A stretch of 64,000 nt of DNA from an uncultured cyanobacterium (GTDB lineage: Bacteria; Cyanobacteriota; Cyanobacteriia; PCC-9006; JAAUQQ01). A program made the translations under genes and the position numbers. Below the pieces are notes generated by a model. The model saw nothing but the letters and a program-made list of their open reading frames with translations. It did no database searches and was not told the DNA's origin. This document shows positions 46,989-57,723 of the stretch, one piece after another (position 1 is the stretch's first letter; each line of letters starts with the position of its first letter). The DNA is taken from positions 2,624,001-2,688,000 of the forward strand of contig OY970368.1 in the NCBI GenBank assembly GCA_963718615.1, given 5' to 3'.

Positions 46989-47936
46989 TTAGCCTCCCGC
47001 CAAAGTGTCGATCACCTGTTGAGGCGCAATATCGGCGACGTTTTGAGTCGCAGCCGAAAGGCCAACGAACTTATCGCTATCCGGCAGGATATTTTTAGGA
47101 TTGATCCCGCCCAGCAAACCAATCGTGAAGGTTTGCACGGCAACGGCGAGCTGCATGGCCGCTTGATTGGTGCTGATCAGAACATTGGCTCCGGCAATCA
47201 GCGCAGCCAATTTGCCCAGGTCTTCGGGCTCTGAAACCTTAATCTCCAAGCCAGCCTCTCGCAACTCTGCGGCAAAGGAGCTTTCTTCGTCTTGAACGAC
47301 CAGCAGCGGCACATCCGGTTGCCGATTCCGAATTTCGCGTAGCATCAAACGCCAGCTATTGGTGGGATAGGCGGCGGCTTGGGCGGCCTCGGTCTTTTCC
47401 ATCCTGGCATCCACCAAAACATAGCCGCTGCCCGCCACGCCAAGACGAGCTTGTTCCGCTTCGGCCCATTCAATATCCTTACGGGGAACACTAATGGCCA
47501 CATCGGGGCAGGACCCCTGGATGTCTAGCGCCTGAAGTAGTGCATGGTAGGCTGCGGCTCTGTATTGTTCCTTAATAGCTAAGGGTTGGGTCAAAAATAG
47601 ATTAGCCGGACCGCTGGGTCCAATCCGATTGGGAATGCCGGTCAGCCACAGCAACAATCCTAGCCCCCAGCCACAGCTCACCGTGAGGACAGCGTCGTAT
47701 TCGCGATCGCGCATCAATCCCAACAAATTGCCCCAATCCGCCAAACTGTTACGGTCTGTAAAGTCAAAGGGGATGGCCTGATGAACGGTTTGACACACCC
47801 GATAGGCTCCAACGGCTCTAGGATTGGTGATCACGTCCACCTGAGCGTTGGGATAATAGCGGTGGATATCGCTCAGAGTCGGGAAAAAGAGAAATTGGTC
47901 GCTAATTCCGCCCGAAACGAGGGCCAGTATGCGCAT
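46989..47936 (-). CDS. Glycosyltransferase family 9 (LPS heptosyltransferase-like)
   Basis: MRILALVSGGISDQFLFFP...LGKLAALIAGAN...MQLAVA. Confidence 0.88.
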   Translation of the reverse strand: MRILALVSGGISDQFLFFPTLSDIHRYYPNAQVDVITNPRAVGAYRVCQTVHQAIPFDFTDRNSLADWGNLLGLMRDREYDAVLTVSCGWGLGLLLWLTGIPNRIGPSGPANLFLTQPLAIKEQYRAAAYHALLQALDIQGSCPDVAISVPRKDIEWAEAEQARLGVAGSGYVLVDARMEKTEAAQAAAYPTNSWRLMLREIRNRQPDVPLLVVQDEESSFAAELREAGLEIKVSEPEDLGKLAALIAGANVLISTNQAAMQLAVAVQTFTIGLLGGINPKNILPDSDKFVGLSAATQNVADIAPQQVIDTLAGG

Positions 47937-48027
47937 GGGATTAGAGCGTGTATTTTGCAATATCGCTCAATATTCTACTATCGACTACTGGATCAGGTTG
48001 AGCGATTGTAACGAGGAGACCAAGCCA

Positions 48028-48756
48028 GTGCATCTATTGATTCCGGCGGCGGGGATGGGAAAACGCATGGGGAGCGAGTGGCAGCGCCAAGGGCAAGGCC
48101 CGCGCAATAAGCTGCTTTTGACGCTGCTGGAGCAGCCACTCCTGGCCTGGACGCTGCGGGCAGCGGCGGCGGCGGCCAGCATCGAATGGATTGGGATCGT
48201 GGGCCAGCCCTTGGATTGGCCGGACTTTAAGGAGATTTTAGCGAGTCTCTCTCTTTCCAAACCCGTTGCGCTGATCCTAGGAGGCGAAACCCGCCAAGAC
48301 TCGGTTTACAACGGGCTGCAAGCTTTGCCACCGGAGGCTACTCAGGTCTTGATTCACGATGGGGCTCGCTGCTTGGCGACGCCGGAGTTATTTGATCGCT
48401 GTGCGGCGGCGCTGGAAACCTGTGAGGGCTTGATTGCAGCAGTTCCGGTCAAGGACACGATCAAGATCGTCAGCGCAGCCTCAGTCGGTGCAGCAGCCAT
48501 GATTGAGTCCACGCCCGATCGCGATCGCCTCTGGGCGGCTCAAACCCCCCAAGGCTTCTCCGTCCCTCAGCTCAAGCAATGTCACGAACAGGGGCGTCAA
48601 CAGGGCTTAGCGGTCACTGATGATGCGGCACTGTTTGAACATTTGGGGTTGCCGGTCCAGATTGTCCTGGGAGAAGAAACGAATTTGAAGGTGACGACGC
48701 CGGTTGATCTGGCGATCGCCGAGTTTATCCTGCGACAGCGGTTTCGCAATCTTTAG
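48028..48756 (+). CDS. ispD: 2-C-methyl-D-erythritol 4-phosphate cytidylyltransferase
   Basis: IPAAGMGKRMG, VLIHDGAR, AAQTPQGF, NLKVTTP.DL; GAGGAG upstream of GTG 48028. Confidence 0.95.
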   Translation: MHLLIPAAGMGKRMGSEWQRQGQGPRNKLLLTLLEQPLLAWTLRAAAAAASIEWIGIVGQPLDWPDFKEILASLSLSKPVALILGGETRQDSVYNGLQALPPEATQVLIHDGARCLATPELFDRCAAALETCEGLIAAVPVKDTIKIVSAASVGAAAMIESTPDRDRLWAAQTPQGFSVPQLKQCHEQGRQQGLAVTDDAALFEHLGLPVQIVLGEETNLKVTTPVDLAIAEFILRQRFRNL

Positions 48757-49040
48757 CTTTGCAATCTTTAGCAATGGGGAGGGAAGTGGGCGATCGCCGT
48801 TAGCTCTCGATCCGTAACGCCAGTTCAAGGAATGTAAGGCTTCTAGACAATTTATCTTGATCCTGATCCCCCACGGGCGGTGCTCCTCATAATGGGAGCT
48901 AGATCCCCAGATGGCCGAACCCTCAAGCGCTCGAAGGTTGCTTCAAGCAGACTGCTGATTGTTGCAAGTTATTGCAGATGGATGCGATCGCCTTCTTCGC
49001 TTGGTCGTCAGGGGATCCTACTCTTCCAGGAGCTTTCGAT

Positions 49041-49178
49041 ATGAAAACGATGCAGCAATTGACCTATGCCCTTCAGTTTTTATTTGAGGCATTTATGGAG
49101 ATTTTCTCGGACACCGATAATTATCCTGCCGTCGGTTTTCAGCCCTATGACGGGGAGGTGTTCTCTCGGTGGGATTGA
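49041..49178 (+). CDS. atpT: 45-aa protein, probable AtpTheta (Norf1) ATP synthase inhibitor family
   Basis: AGGAG RBS; amphipathic helix then IFS..DNYPAVGFQPYDGE, matching my recollection of the family motif; own terminator. Confidence 0.6.
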   Translation: MKTMQQLTYALQFLFEAFMEIFSDTDNYPAVGFQPYDGEVFSRWD

Positions 49179-49208
49179 ACGATATCTTGGGCAAAAACCA
49201 TGATTTAG

Positions 49209-49243
49209 AAAAAAGCGGGACAAGGTTTGCTAGTCCCGCTTTT
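49209..49243. terminator. Bidirectional intrinsic terminator
   Basis: aaaagcgggac...gtcccgctttt between convergent genes. Confidence 0.8.
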
Positions 49244-49296
49244 AGGTTTTAAGGCATCTTTGCCATCATCTGGAGGTGGTCCTTTGAAGCGTGGAT

Positions 49297-50442
49297 CTAG
49301 GTCGCAGCCACAACAGACTCAAAGACCGGATGGAAATAAAACGCCAAGCCCAAAATCACATAGGCCGCCAGCAGCAGGATTCCCTCTAGCCAATTGGATT
49401 TGCCATCCCCGCTAATGGAATTGGTAATCAGCACAGCCACAGCCACGGCCACCAGCTCAAAGGGGTTAAAGTCCAGATCCATGGGCTGACCGATCAACCA
49501 GCCAACAATCACCAAAACCGGGGCGACAAACAGAGCGATCTGCATGCTAGACCCCACCGCCACCGAGAGCGACAGGTCCATCTTGTCTTTCATGGCAACG
49601 GTCACAGCTGTAGCATGTTCAGCCGCATTGCCAATGATGGGCAGCAAAATTACACCCGTAAACAGTTCCGTGAACCCTAGGCTTTCGGTGGCAGATTCGA
49701 GCGATCCCACCAATAGCTCCGATTCCAGCGCCACCAACAGCGTTGCCCCCAGCAAAACGCCAGACCAGAGCTTTAAATTGGGTTTGTGAGGTTCCTCTGG
49801 GACGCTGCTAGAGCTAAGGCCCAGATCGGCGGCATGCTGTTCCGCTTCCGCTTCGATCTCAACGGTGCCCACCTCGTAAAGGTAGCTGTGGGTCTTCATG
49901 GAAAACAGCAGCGTTAGGGCATAGACCACAATCAGGACGATCGCCACCGCCACGGACAGCGTCTGGAGCGTCGCCTCACCAATGCCGCTGGAGGTGTACT
50001 GAACTGCTGTGGGGATCAAAATGGCAATCACCGCGAGATTCATCGCCGAAGCATTCATCCGAGCGGCAGTGGGCAAGAACTCTTGCTCCTTAAACCGGAT
50101 GCCACCCAGGAGCATGGCCAGCCCCATTACCAAGAGTAAATTGCCGATAATTGAGCCCGTAATACTGGCTTTGACCACATCCACCAGCCCAGCCCGCAGG
50201 GCAATGATGGCAATAATTAATTCCGTGGCATTGCCGAAGGTGGCATTGAGGAGTCCCCCCAGCGATGGCCCGACCACCACGGCGATTTCTTCCGTCGCGG
50301 CTCCCATCCAGGCCGCAAGCGGTAAAATGGCTAGAGCTGCCGTGATAAAGACCGTGATTTCTCCCCAGCCCAGGACATGTGCAGCCACAGAGACCGGGAT
50401 AAAGAGCAAGAGTCCTAAGAAAAATGGATTTTTGACCAGCAT
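49297..50442 (-). CDS. cax: Ca2+/H+ antiporter (CAX/ChaA)
   Basis: LNATFGNATE and GNAAEH alpha-repeats. Confidence 0.93.
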   Translation of the reverse strand: MLVKNPFFLGLLLFIPVSVAAHVLGWGEITVFITAALAILPLAAWMGAATEEIAVVVGPSLGGLLNATFGNATELIIAIIALRAGLVDVVKASITGSIIGNLLLVMGLAMLLGGIRFKEQEFLPTAARMNASAMNLAVIAILIPTAVQYTSSGIGEATLQTLSVAVAIVLIVVYALTLLFSMKTHSYLYEVGTVEIEAEAEQHAADLGLSSSSVPEEPHKPNLKLWSGVLLGATLLVALESELLVGSLESATESLGFTELFTGVILLPIIGNAAEHATAVTVAMKDKMDLSLSVAVGSSMQIALFVAPVLVIVGWLIGQPMDLDFNPFELVAVAVAVLITNSISGDGKSNWLEGILLLAAYVILGLAFYFHPVFESVVAAT

Positions 50443-50697
50443 GCTTGAGAAAATCGATAAGCTAGGGAGTATATAAAAGTTTGGGGCGAATCATGCGGAT
50501 TTCGCTTTAACTTTTCTGAGATTTAATTATGCGTCAGGCATGATTGCAAGCGCACTACCGCTGTTCCCCCCTTCAAACGGATATCTTCAAGCGGACACTT
50601 ACAAGCGGATAGATGATTGGTTCTAGCATTCCCTGAGGTACTGCCTGTCGTGCGATCGCGCTCGTTCTTCTAAGAAATATTCCTTCAATCAATCTCT

Positions 50698-53307
50698 ATG
50701 GTTATTTCCACCAGCTCTTTTCGTCTTGACTCGACTGAAACCAGACCAGGGGACTCGACGAACTCAGCGTCTGATCATTCTTCACTCCAGGGAGCCGATC
50801 CCCAAGAAGATTTGGAGCGGTCGGCCCAACCCATTGCGATCGCCCAAGGGGTTTACATCACGGTTCACGGCCATTTCTATCAGCCCCCTCGGGATAATCC
50901 CTATCTCGATGCCATTGAATGTCAGCCCAGTGCCGCTCCCTACCACGACTGGAATGAACGAATTTACTGGGAGTCCTATCGCCCCAATGCCTTTGCGCGA
51001 GTGCTGAATGACCGGGAAGAGGTGGTTGAAATTGTCAACAATTTCGAATATTTCAGTTTTAATATTGGCCCGACGCTGATGGGCTGGTTAGAGGAGCATG
51101 GGCAAGAAGTCTATGCACGGATTTTGGAGGCCGATCGCAAAAGTCTGGCGCGGTTAGGTCATGGCAATGCGATCGCCCAAGTCTACAACCACATCATCAT
51201 GCCCCTCGCCAACGAGCGGGATAAGCGCACCCAAATTCGCTGGGGCAAGGCCGATTTTCGCCGACATTTTGGCCGGGAGCCCGAGGGCATGTGGCTGGCG
51301 GAGACCGCTGTGGATCTGCCGACGGTCTCGGCGTTGATTGATGAGGGCATTCGCTACATTATCTTGGCCCCTTCCCAGGCGGAGCGCTGTCGACCCTTGC
51401 CCCGAGCCGATCATCCGGATCCCGAATGGCAAAAGGTCAGCTCTGGGGATATTGATCCCACCCGGCCCTACCGCTGCTGGGTGGGTCATCGCTTTTTGGA
51501 TATCTTTTTTTACGATGGTCCGATTTCAGCGGCCATCGGGTTTGAAGATTTACTCGCCAGTTCGTTTAATTTTGCGGAGCGGCTGGGTTCAGCGGTCAGA
51601 CATGACGGACGTCCAGCCCAGTTGATTTCGGTGGCGACCGATGGAGAAACCTTTGGTCACCACAAAATGGGAACAGAAAAATGTCTGGCCTATGCCTTTA
51701 CGCGGGAATTTCCCCAGCGTGGCTGGCAGGTGACCAACTATGGCGACTATTTGCACCGCTGTCCGCCCACCTGGGAAGTGGTGCTGAAACCTGTGACGGC
51801 TTGGAGCTGCTCCCATGGGGTTAATCGCTGGCAAGATGACTGCGGTTGTGCCCGCTCTGACCAGCATCACCAGAAATGGCGCAAACCCTTGCGTCAGGCA
51901 TTGGATTGGCTCCGGGATCAGCTCATCCCTGTCTATGAAGCTGAATTGGGCCAGATGCTGCATGCCCCTTGGCAAGCACGGGATGAATATATTGAAGTCG
52001 TGGCCAATCGAGATCCGGCAGCGGTGACGGCCTTTTTGAAACGGCACCAGCGTCATCCCCTGTTGCTACAAGAGCAGGTGCGATCGCTCCAACTCCTCGA
52101 AATGGCACGGCACACGCTGCTGATGTACACCAGTTGCGGTTGGTTCTTTGAGGAAATTTCACGACCTGAGGGGGTGCAGATTCTCCGCTATGCCAGTCGA
52201 GCTTTGGATTTGGCCGAGCGGGTAACCGGACTTGCCCTAGAAGCCAAATTTTTGGAACGGCTGGCCCAGGCACCCAGCAATGATTCCCAGTATCGTACCG
52301 GGGCCGAGGTCTATCAGCAGCTCATTCAACCCACGCAGTTTTCCCTGGGCCAAATCGCCATCCACTACATTTTCGAGACGCTGGTTCAGCCTCGGGCAGA
52401 AGTCCCTGTTCTATTTTTTGGGTATCGCATCCAGGTTCTCGATGAGCAGCGCTACAGTTTTGGGCCGCTAACGCTAACCATTGGCAAACTGCAACTCACC
52501 TCGGGCGCAAACTGGGACAGTGAACGGCTGGCTTTTGTTCTGTTCCATGGGGGGGGCTGGGAGTTCCATGGACGGCTGTTGTGGGGCAACCGCTGTGAAG
52601 CTCCCAAAGCCTATGAGGCGCTTAAACAAGGGTTGGGTCAAGCCCTGCTGGAAGGTGGGGTGGCCCATTTTGTCACGGCGCTGGATCACTATTGCGGCAC
52701 GGATGATGCCTTTGGATTGTCAGATTTGCGAGCGGAAGAACGCCATCTGCTGATGGCAAAGCTCACCGAGGGGACGCTGATCCAGCTCGACCAGCTCTAT
52801 GCCCAGGTTTACCGGGAAAACTATGGGATTCTGATGACCTTTCGCCAGGAAGGTTTAGCCTTGCCCCCAGCCCTACGGGTTGCGGCCCAGGTCACCCTCA
52901 ATCATCGCGCCCAGAGCATTGCCCAGCACCTGGAGACTTCGCTCCTGCGTGCGGAGGACAGTTGGCCTGCGGCGGGGATGAGTTTGCTGAAGAGCTTGGA
53001 GGCGATCGCCACCGAAGCCCAAGCCCTCGACTGCACCCTGATGCTAGAGGACGTGACCCAAACCCTAGAACACCTCATCGAAACCTTAATGGATCGGATT
53101 TTGGGATCTTTGACCCCCCAACAACGAACGCGGGAAATTCAGGTTTTGATTCGATTAGTCTTGGTGGGTTGTCGAACCCTGAATCTACCGATTTTCCTAG
53201 AGCGAGTCCAAGAACGCTTTTGGGTAGCCCAGCAGCAGCTCACCGCCACCCAAACGGCTGATGTGCGAGCGCTGGCACAGGTCTTGCAGATACATCTGGC
53301 CGACTAG
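50698..53307 (+). CDS. Glycoside hydrolase family 57 with DUF3536
   Basis: HGHFYQPPR, WLAETAVD, ATDGETFGHH, WSCSHG, MYTSCGWFF. Confidence 0.92.
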   Translation: MVISTSSFRLDSTETRPGDSTNSASDHSSLQGADPQEDLERSAQPIAIAQGVYITVHGHFYQPPRDNPYLDAIECQPSAAPYHDWNERIYWESYRPNAFARVLNDREEVVEIVNNFEYFSFNIGPTLMGWLEEHGQEVYARILEADRKSLARLGHGNAIAQVYNHIIMPLANERDKRTQIRWGKADFRRHFGREPEGMWLAETAVDLPTVSALIDEGIRYIILAPSQAERCRPLPRADHPDPEWQKVSSGDIDPTRPYRCWVGHRFLDIFFYDGPISAAIGFEDLLASSFNFAERLGSAVRHDGRPAQLISVATDGETFGHHKMGTEKCLAYAFTREFPQRGWQVTNYGDYLHRCPPTWEVVLKPVTAWSCSHGVNRWQDDCGCARSDQHHQKWRKPLRQALDWLRDQLIPVYEAELGQMLHAPWQARDEYIEVVANRDPAAVTAFLKRHQRHPLLLQEQVRSLQLLEMARHTLLMYTSCGWFFEEISRPEGVQILRYASRALDLAERVTGLALEAKFLERLAQAPSNDSQYRTGAEVYQQLIQPTQFSLGQIAIHYIFETLVQPRAEVPVLFFGYRIQVLDEQRYSFGPLTLTIGKLQLTSGANWDSERLAFVLFHGGGWEFHGRLLWGNRCEAPKAYEALKQGLGQALLEGGVAHFVTALDHYCGTDDAFGLSDLRAEERHLLMAKLTEGTLIQLDQLYAQVYRENYGILMTFRQEGLALPPALRVAAQVTLNHRAQSIAQHLETSLLRAEDSWPAAGMSLLKSLEAIATEAQALDCTLMLEDVTQTLEHLIETLMDRILGSLTPQQRTREIQVLIRLVLVGCRTLNLPIFLERVQERFWVAQQQLTATQTADVRALAQVLQIHLAD

Positions 53308-53340
53308 CCTTGAGCCACCGGATGGTGAGCCGACTGACCG

Positions 53341-54426
53341 TTAGAAACCGTGGCGCATTTGCGTCACCGGGCTGACGTGGCCTTCGAGAGCCTGCTCCCA
53401 CCCCAGAAGCACCGTTGAATCCGTTGAATCCGTTGAATGATCAGTCTGGGTTATTCGTCCACATTCGGGACCCAGTTTAATCAAATCCTCTAGATTCTGA
53501 CGAATTGCGGTGCAGATGGCATTCAGGGGCAAGTCGTTGGGGTCATGGCCAAAGGGGTTTTCAATTTCAATCCCGATGGCCTCAATGCCTAGCAACGTGA
53601 AGCTCACCAACGCCACCGTGGGGCCAGTTAGCCAGCCCAATCCTTCTAGGAGCGTTAGCGGTAGCGTCAAACAATAAATCACTAGCAGTTGCCGCAAATG
53701 TACTGAATAGGCCAAGGGCATCGGTGTTTTCAAAATTCGTTCGCAGGCTCCTAAAGCATCGACCAGTTGGCCGAGTAACTGCATCATGCCCGTGAGCTGA
53801 TAGGAATCAAGCCGTCCCTGATGACGTTGCCGTTGCAGATAGTCGTCAATCCAGACCGCAATTTCTAAGCTGGGGTGGTTCACGGCTTGCAGCAGCTCAT
53901 ACTGATGCGGCGTCAGGAGTCCCTCCATTTCGACCCAATTTAGGGGTTCCTGGCGGAGATGCTGCTTCATGGCGATCGCAAAGGCCGGGATCAACCGCAA
54001 TGCCGCTCGTTTTTGCGTCAAGTCAACTTCAGTCTCGACCTGAACCGCCACCAAAATTTGCCGAATTAGATTGCGGCTGTGGTTCACCGTTGCCCCCCAA
54101 CTCTTACGGCCTTCCCAAAAACGCTCGTAGGCAGTATTCGTCCGAAAAACCAAGAGCAATCCCAACACCACACTGGGCACAATGCTGCCAAACAGCGGCT
54201 GGGCTAGGCCACGCCAGCCCTGCTCGTAAAACCACGACAGCACCGTCGCAAACAGCCCACAAAAAACAATTCGGCCCCAAATATCGGGCAGAACTGATCC
54301 CCGTAGGGTTAGCAATGTCCTGGTCCAGACGAATCCACTGCCAGGAGATGAGCGGGAAGAAGAGCGCGATCGCCCAAGCTTCAGCCGCGATCGATAACGG
54401 GCCCAAAACGTTCTAGCGAAGGTCAT
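53341..54426 (-). CDS. Bestrophin family anion channel
   Basis: LLVFRTNTAYERFWEGR, ERILKTP.P, IENPFG.D.NDLPL. Confidence 0.92.
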   Translation of the reverse strand: MTFARTFWARYRSRLKLGRSRSSSRSSPGSGFVWTRTLLTLRGSVLPDIWGRIVFCGLFATVLSWFYEQGWRGLAQPLFGSIVPSVVLGLLLVFRTNTAYERFWEGRKSWGATVNHSRNLIRQILVAVQVETEVDLTQKRAALRLIPAFAIAMKQHLRQEPLNWVEMEGLLTPHQYELLQAVNHPSLEIAVWIDDYLQRQRHQGRLDSYQLTGMMQLLGQLVDALGACERILKTPMPLAYSVHLRQLLVIYCLTLPLTLLEGLGWLTGPTVALVSFTLLGIEAIGIEIENPFGHDPNDLPLNAICTAIRQNLEDLIKLGPECGRITQTDHSTDSTDSTVLLGWEQALEGHVSPVTQMRHGF

Positions 54427-55927
54427 AACCAAATAAGTTCGGATCTACAGCACGGTTTAAATCGATGTCCCCGAGTCCGTACTCTGCCCAGCGGCGATCC
54501 ACCTGGGCGGCGATCCCTGGGTCTGAAACCAAGGGTTCTCCCCAATCGCGATCGCGTTCCGGCGGAATCTTGGTTGTGGCGTCGATGCCCATACGGCTGC
54601 CCAACCCCTCCTTCTCCGTCGCAAAATCCAACGTATCGAAGGGGGTATCCGGCAAAATAAACACATCCCGCGCCGGATCCACCTTGGACGACAAGGCCCA
54701 AACGACCTGGCGAGGATCCCGAATATTCACCGATTGGTCCACCACAATCACAAATTTCGTGTAGGTAAACTGCGGCAGCGCGCTCCAAAAGGCCAACGCT
54801 GCCCGCCGCGCTTGACCCGGATAAGCCTTGTCAATGGAAATAATCGCAGCCTTGTAGCTTAGCGCCTCCATCGGCAGAAAGAAATCAACGATTTCCGGCA
54901 CCTGCTGCCGCAGGATGGGGGTGTAGATGCGGTTGAGGGCAATGGCAATCATCGCCTCTTCCTTGGGGGGCCGTCCACTAAACGTCGTCAGATAAATCGG
55001 ATCCTTGCGATGGGTGACGCAGTGAAACCGCACCAGCGGAGCCTCCGGATTCTCCGGTCCGTAATACCCCATATGGTCGCCAAAGGGTCCATCGGTCGCG
55101 GTTTCGCCAGAAGTAATCGTCCCCTCTAGAATCATTTCTGCATCGGCAGGCACTTCCAGGTCTAGGGTTTTGCACTTGGCCAGTCGAACACCCGAACCGC
55201 CGTAAAGCCCTGCAAATAGCCATTCAGATAAATCAACCGGGATGGGGGTGGCAGCGGCCATGATTAGGAGCGGATCGATGCCGAGGGCGATCGCAATCTC
55301 CAGTTTTTTCCCCTGAGCCGCCGCTTTACGCAAATGTCGTGCACCGCCCCGCACCGAAAGCCACTGCACCGTCATTGTATTTTTCGACTGTAGCTGCAGC
55401 CGATAGACCCCCACATTGGGAATCCCTGTCTCGCAATCCTTGGTAATCACCAAACCCAGGGTCACAATTCTGCCGCCATCACCGGGATAGGGCCGAATCA
55501 TCGGAATCTGGTCGAGATCAACCGCTGCGTCCTTCAGCACCACCTGATGACAGGGCGGCAAAAAATCCCGCATGGGCTTGGCCTTAACCACATCAAACAG
55601 AACCTTGCCAAAATCCACGGCCTGGGAAAGCTTCTTCGGTGGCTTGGGCTGCTGCAACATCCCCAGCTTTTGACCCAAGGTTTCTAACTCTTCAGGTCGT
55701 TCCATCTTCATCGCCCAGCAGACCCGCTCCACCGTCCCCAGCAGATTGACCGCCACCGGACTCGACGACCCCTTCACCCGTTCAAACAGCAGCGCCGGTC
55801 CCCCGGCTTGAAGCATCCGGTTGGAGATTTCTGCAATTTCGAGCTCTGGATCGACTTCCACAAAGATCCGTCGGAGCTGCCCCCGCTCTTCCAGTTGCTT
55901 GAGAAATCCCCGCAGGTCCCTGGCCAT
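54413..55927 (-). CDS. ubiD: UbiD family decarboxylase (4-hydroxy-3-solanesylbenzoate decarboxylase)
   Basis: MARDLRGF, PNVGVYR, DGPFGDHMGYY, GIDATTK. Confidence 0.95.
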   Translation of the reverse strand: MARDLRGFLKQLEERGQLRRIFVEVDPELEIAEISNRMLQAGGPALLFERVKGSSSPVAVNLLGTVERVCWAMKMERPEELETLGQKLGMLQQPKPPKKLSQAVDFGKVLFDVVKAKPMRDFLPPCHQVVLKDAAVDLDQIPMIRPYPGDGGRIVTLGLVITKDCETGIPNVGVYRLQLQSKNTMTVQWLSVRGGARHLRKAAAQGKKLEIAIALGIDPLLIMAAATPIPVDLSEWLFAGLYGGSGVRLAKCKTLDLEVPADAEMILEGTITSGETATDGPFGDHMGYYGPENPEAPLVRFHCVTHRKDPIYLTTFSGRPPKEEAMIAIALNRIYTPILRQQVPEIVDFFLPMEALSYKAAIISIDKAYPGQARRAALAFWSALPQFTYTKFVIVVDQSVNIRDPRQVVWALSSKVDPARDVFILPDTPFDTLDFATEKEGLGSRMGIDATTKIPPERDRDWGEPLVSDPGIAAQVDRRWAEYGLGDIDLNRAVDPNLFGYDLR

Positions 55928-56500
55928 AAATCAAAATGTTGCGTTCTGTAACGTTGATTAGATTCATTATGCGTTGCCTAGGGAAAAGCGACAATTCCTG
56001 AAGGAACTTTATTTGCTTTTGAAAAAGTGAACGAAGATTTTTTAATCCTAATCTTATTGACTTTCAAAAATCAAAATTTTCTTGAAAAGAACCTCCTCAA
56101 AAATATCAGAGCGGAAGACTTAAAAAATCATCCCCTAAACGAAATTACTCTTTGGAGTCACAAAATTTTGCCGTAAAAATTTTGTCATCAAAAAAGCAGG
56201 AAACCTATGCAATTTCAGGGACATAAATGGCAATTTCACTGAATCAGCATTTCAGGACAACGGCTTTTACACTGATGTTACTCTCCTCAAGAAGTCTAAA
56301 ATAACAAACAATGAAGTTCCCATCAACCCATTCAAAAAGCAATTCAAACGCTGTAAATCAACCCTAAGATTTGGGATTAATGGATTAGGTCTTCTCCAAG
56401 ACTGACAATCCTTTCAATAATCATCCAAGGCAATCAATTTGTGTCGAATTGACTTGGGTGCCGATCCCTTTGGTTCCCCACTCGTTGACAGCCACAATCC

Positions 56501-57640
56501 ATGACTGCATTTGCAATCGATTACCCTGAAACCACCGCAACCGGCTCCCCACCGCAACTTTCTCCTACGATAGGGTATTACGTACGTAAGCTCTTGCGCC
56601 AGCGTGGGGTGGCTGCCCCGATTGACCCAACGGCGGATTTGGGGATCGTTCTTCGGCAGCAATATCCTGAGGTGGAGGACTGTAAAGGGGCGATCGCCAC
56701 CCTCGAACGGCTTGTTAGGTATCACCAAGCTCTTGCTTCACAGGGCAGCCAACATCACCAAGAGCTGGCAAAAACCGAAAGTGATATTTTTAAGCTCCTA
56801 GAAGGTCCAGGGGTAGAAGGTCCAGGGGCAGCTACAGCAGCGTCGAGCCTGCCCAGTATCCAGCAGGGACTCATCCTACGCATTGATGAGCGAGGAGAAG
56901 ATTCCGACCCCCTGAGCAGCTTGCTCCGACAGCGGGGTTATCACCTCCACCTCTTGCCCAATCAACTGACGAGCGTCATGGAAGCTCGACGGCTCTTGCC
57001 GGATGTAATCGTCATCGAAATCAAAATGCTAGAAGGAGGGCTAGAACTTTGTCGCCAGCTCCGCACGGCCCTTGAACTCAAGCAGGTGCCGATTTTGATG
57101 GTCAGCACCCTCCACAGCGTTTCCGATCGCCTCAAGGCCCTACGGCTGGGGGTAACGGACTATCTCCCACAACCGGTACAGCCCGATGAGCTCTTGGCCC
57201 GGATCGAAAATCATTGGAAATTTCAGCAATATCGCAAGCAGCTCGAAGCCACCAATCAACAGCTCCAGGCCCAGCTCGAAGCCCAATCCGGGCATCGCAT
57301 TGAGCCTTTGCTGCTCGCTCAAGCCGTACTCAACCAAAACAGCGACTACATGCTCTTTGTGGACGCTCAAAATCAGATCGTGCATGTCAACCAAGCCGCC
57401 TGTGAACGGCTGGAGTACAACCAAGGCGAGCTTTTGGCTATGAGCCTCGACACCCTTGATGTGCGCCTTGCTCCCCAAGACTGGCAAACCATTTGGCAAC
57501 ATTTGCGCGCCCATGCCACGATGAACCTCAAATCGGTCCACGTCACCAAATCAGGTACGCCCCTGGATGTACAGCTAGATTTTCAATACCTACGGCTAGA
57601 AGATTCAGAATATAGCTACATTGCGGCCAAACAAGACTGA
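56501..57640 (+). CDS. Unknown N-terminal domain + pseudo-receiver + PAS protein
   Basis: REC-like fold with PDVIVIEIKML and LPQP; C-terminal PAS VNQAACERLEY. Confidence 0.75.
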   Translation: MTAFAIDYPETTATGSPPQLSPTIGYYVRKLLRQRGVAAPIDPTADLGIVLRQQYPEVEDCKGAIATLERLVRYHQALASQGSQHHQELAKTESDIFKLLEGPGVEGPGAATAASSLPSIQQGLILRIDERGEDSDPLSSLLRQRGYHLHLLPNQLTSVMEARRLLPDVIVIEIKMLEGGLELCRQLRTALELKQVPILMVSTLHSVSDRLKALRLGVTDYLPQPVQPDELLARIENHWKFQQYRKQLEATNQQLQAQLEAQSGHRIEPLLLAQAVLNQNSDYMLFVDAQNQIVHVNQAACERLEYNQGELLAMSLDTLDVRLAPQDWQTIWQHLRAHATMNLKSVHVTKSGTPLDVQLDFQYLRLEDSEYSYIAAKQD

Positions 57641-57723
57641 CAGAAATCCGTTTTTGGTCTAGCGTTATCAGGGTTCGCCAATTTCTGCTGGCCGTTTAGC
57701 ACGAACCTTTGTACTAGCTTGTT

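Noticed and set aside
55928-56500. AT-rich 570-bp spacer as foreign DNA or an origin
   Set aside because: No DnaA-box cluster, repeats or mobile ends seen; consistent with a divergent promoter region.
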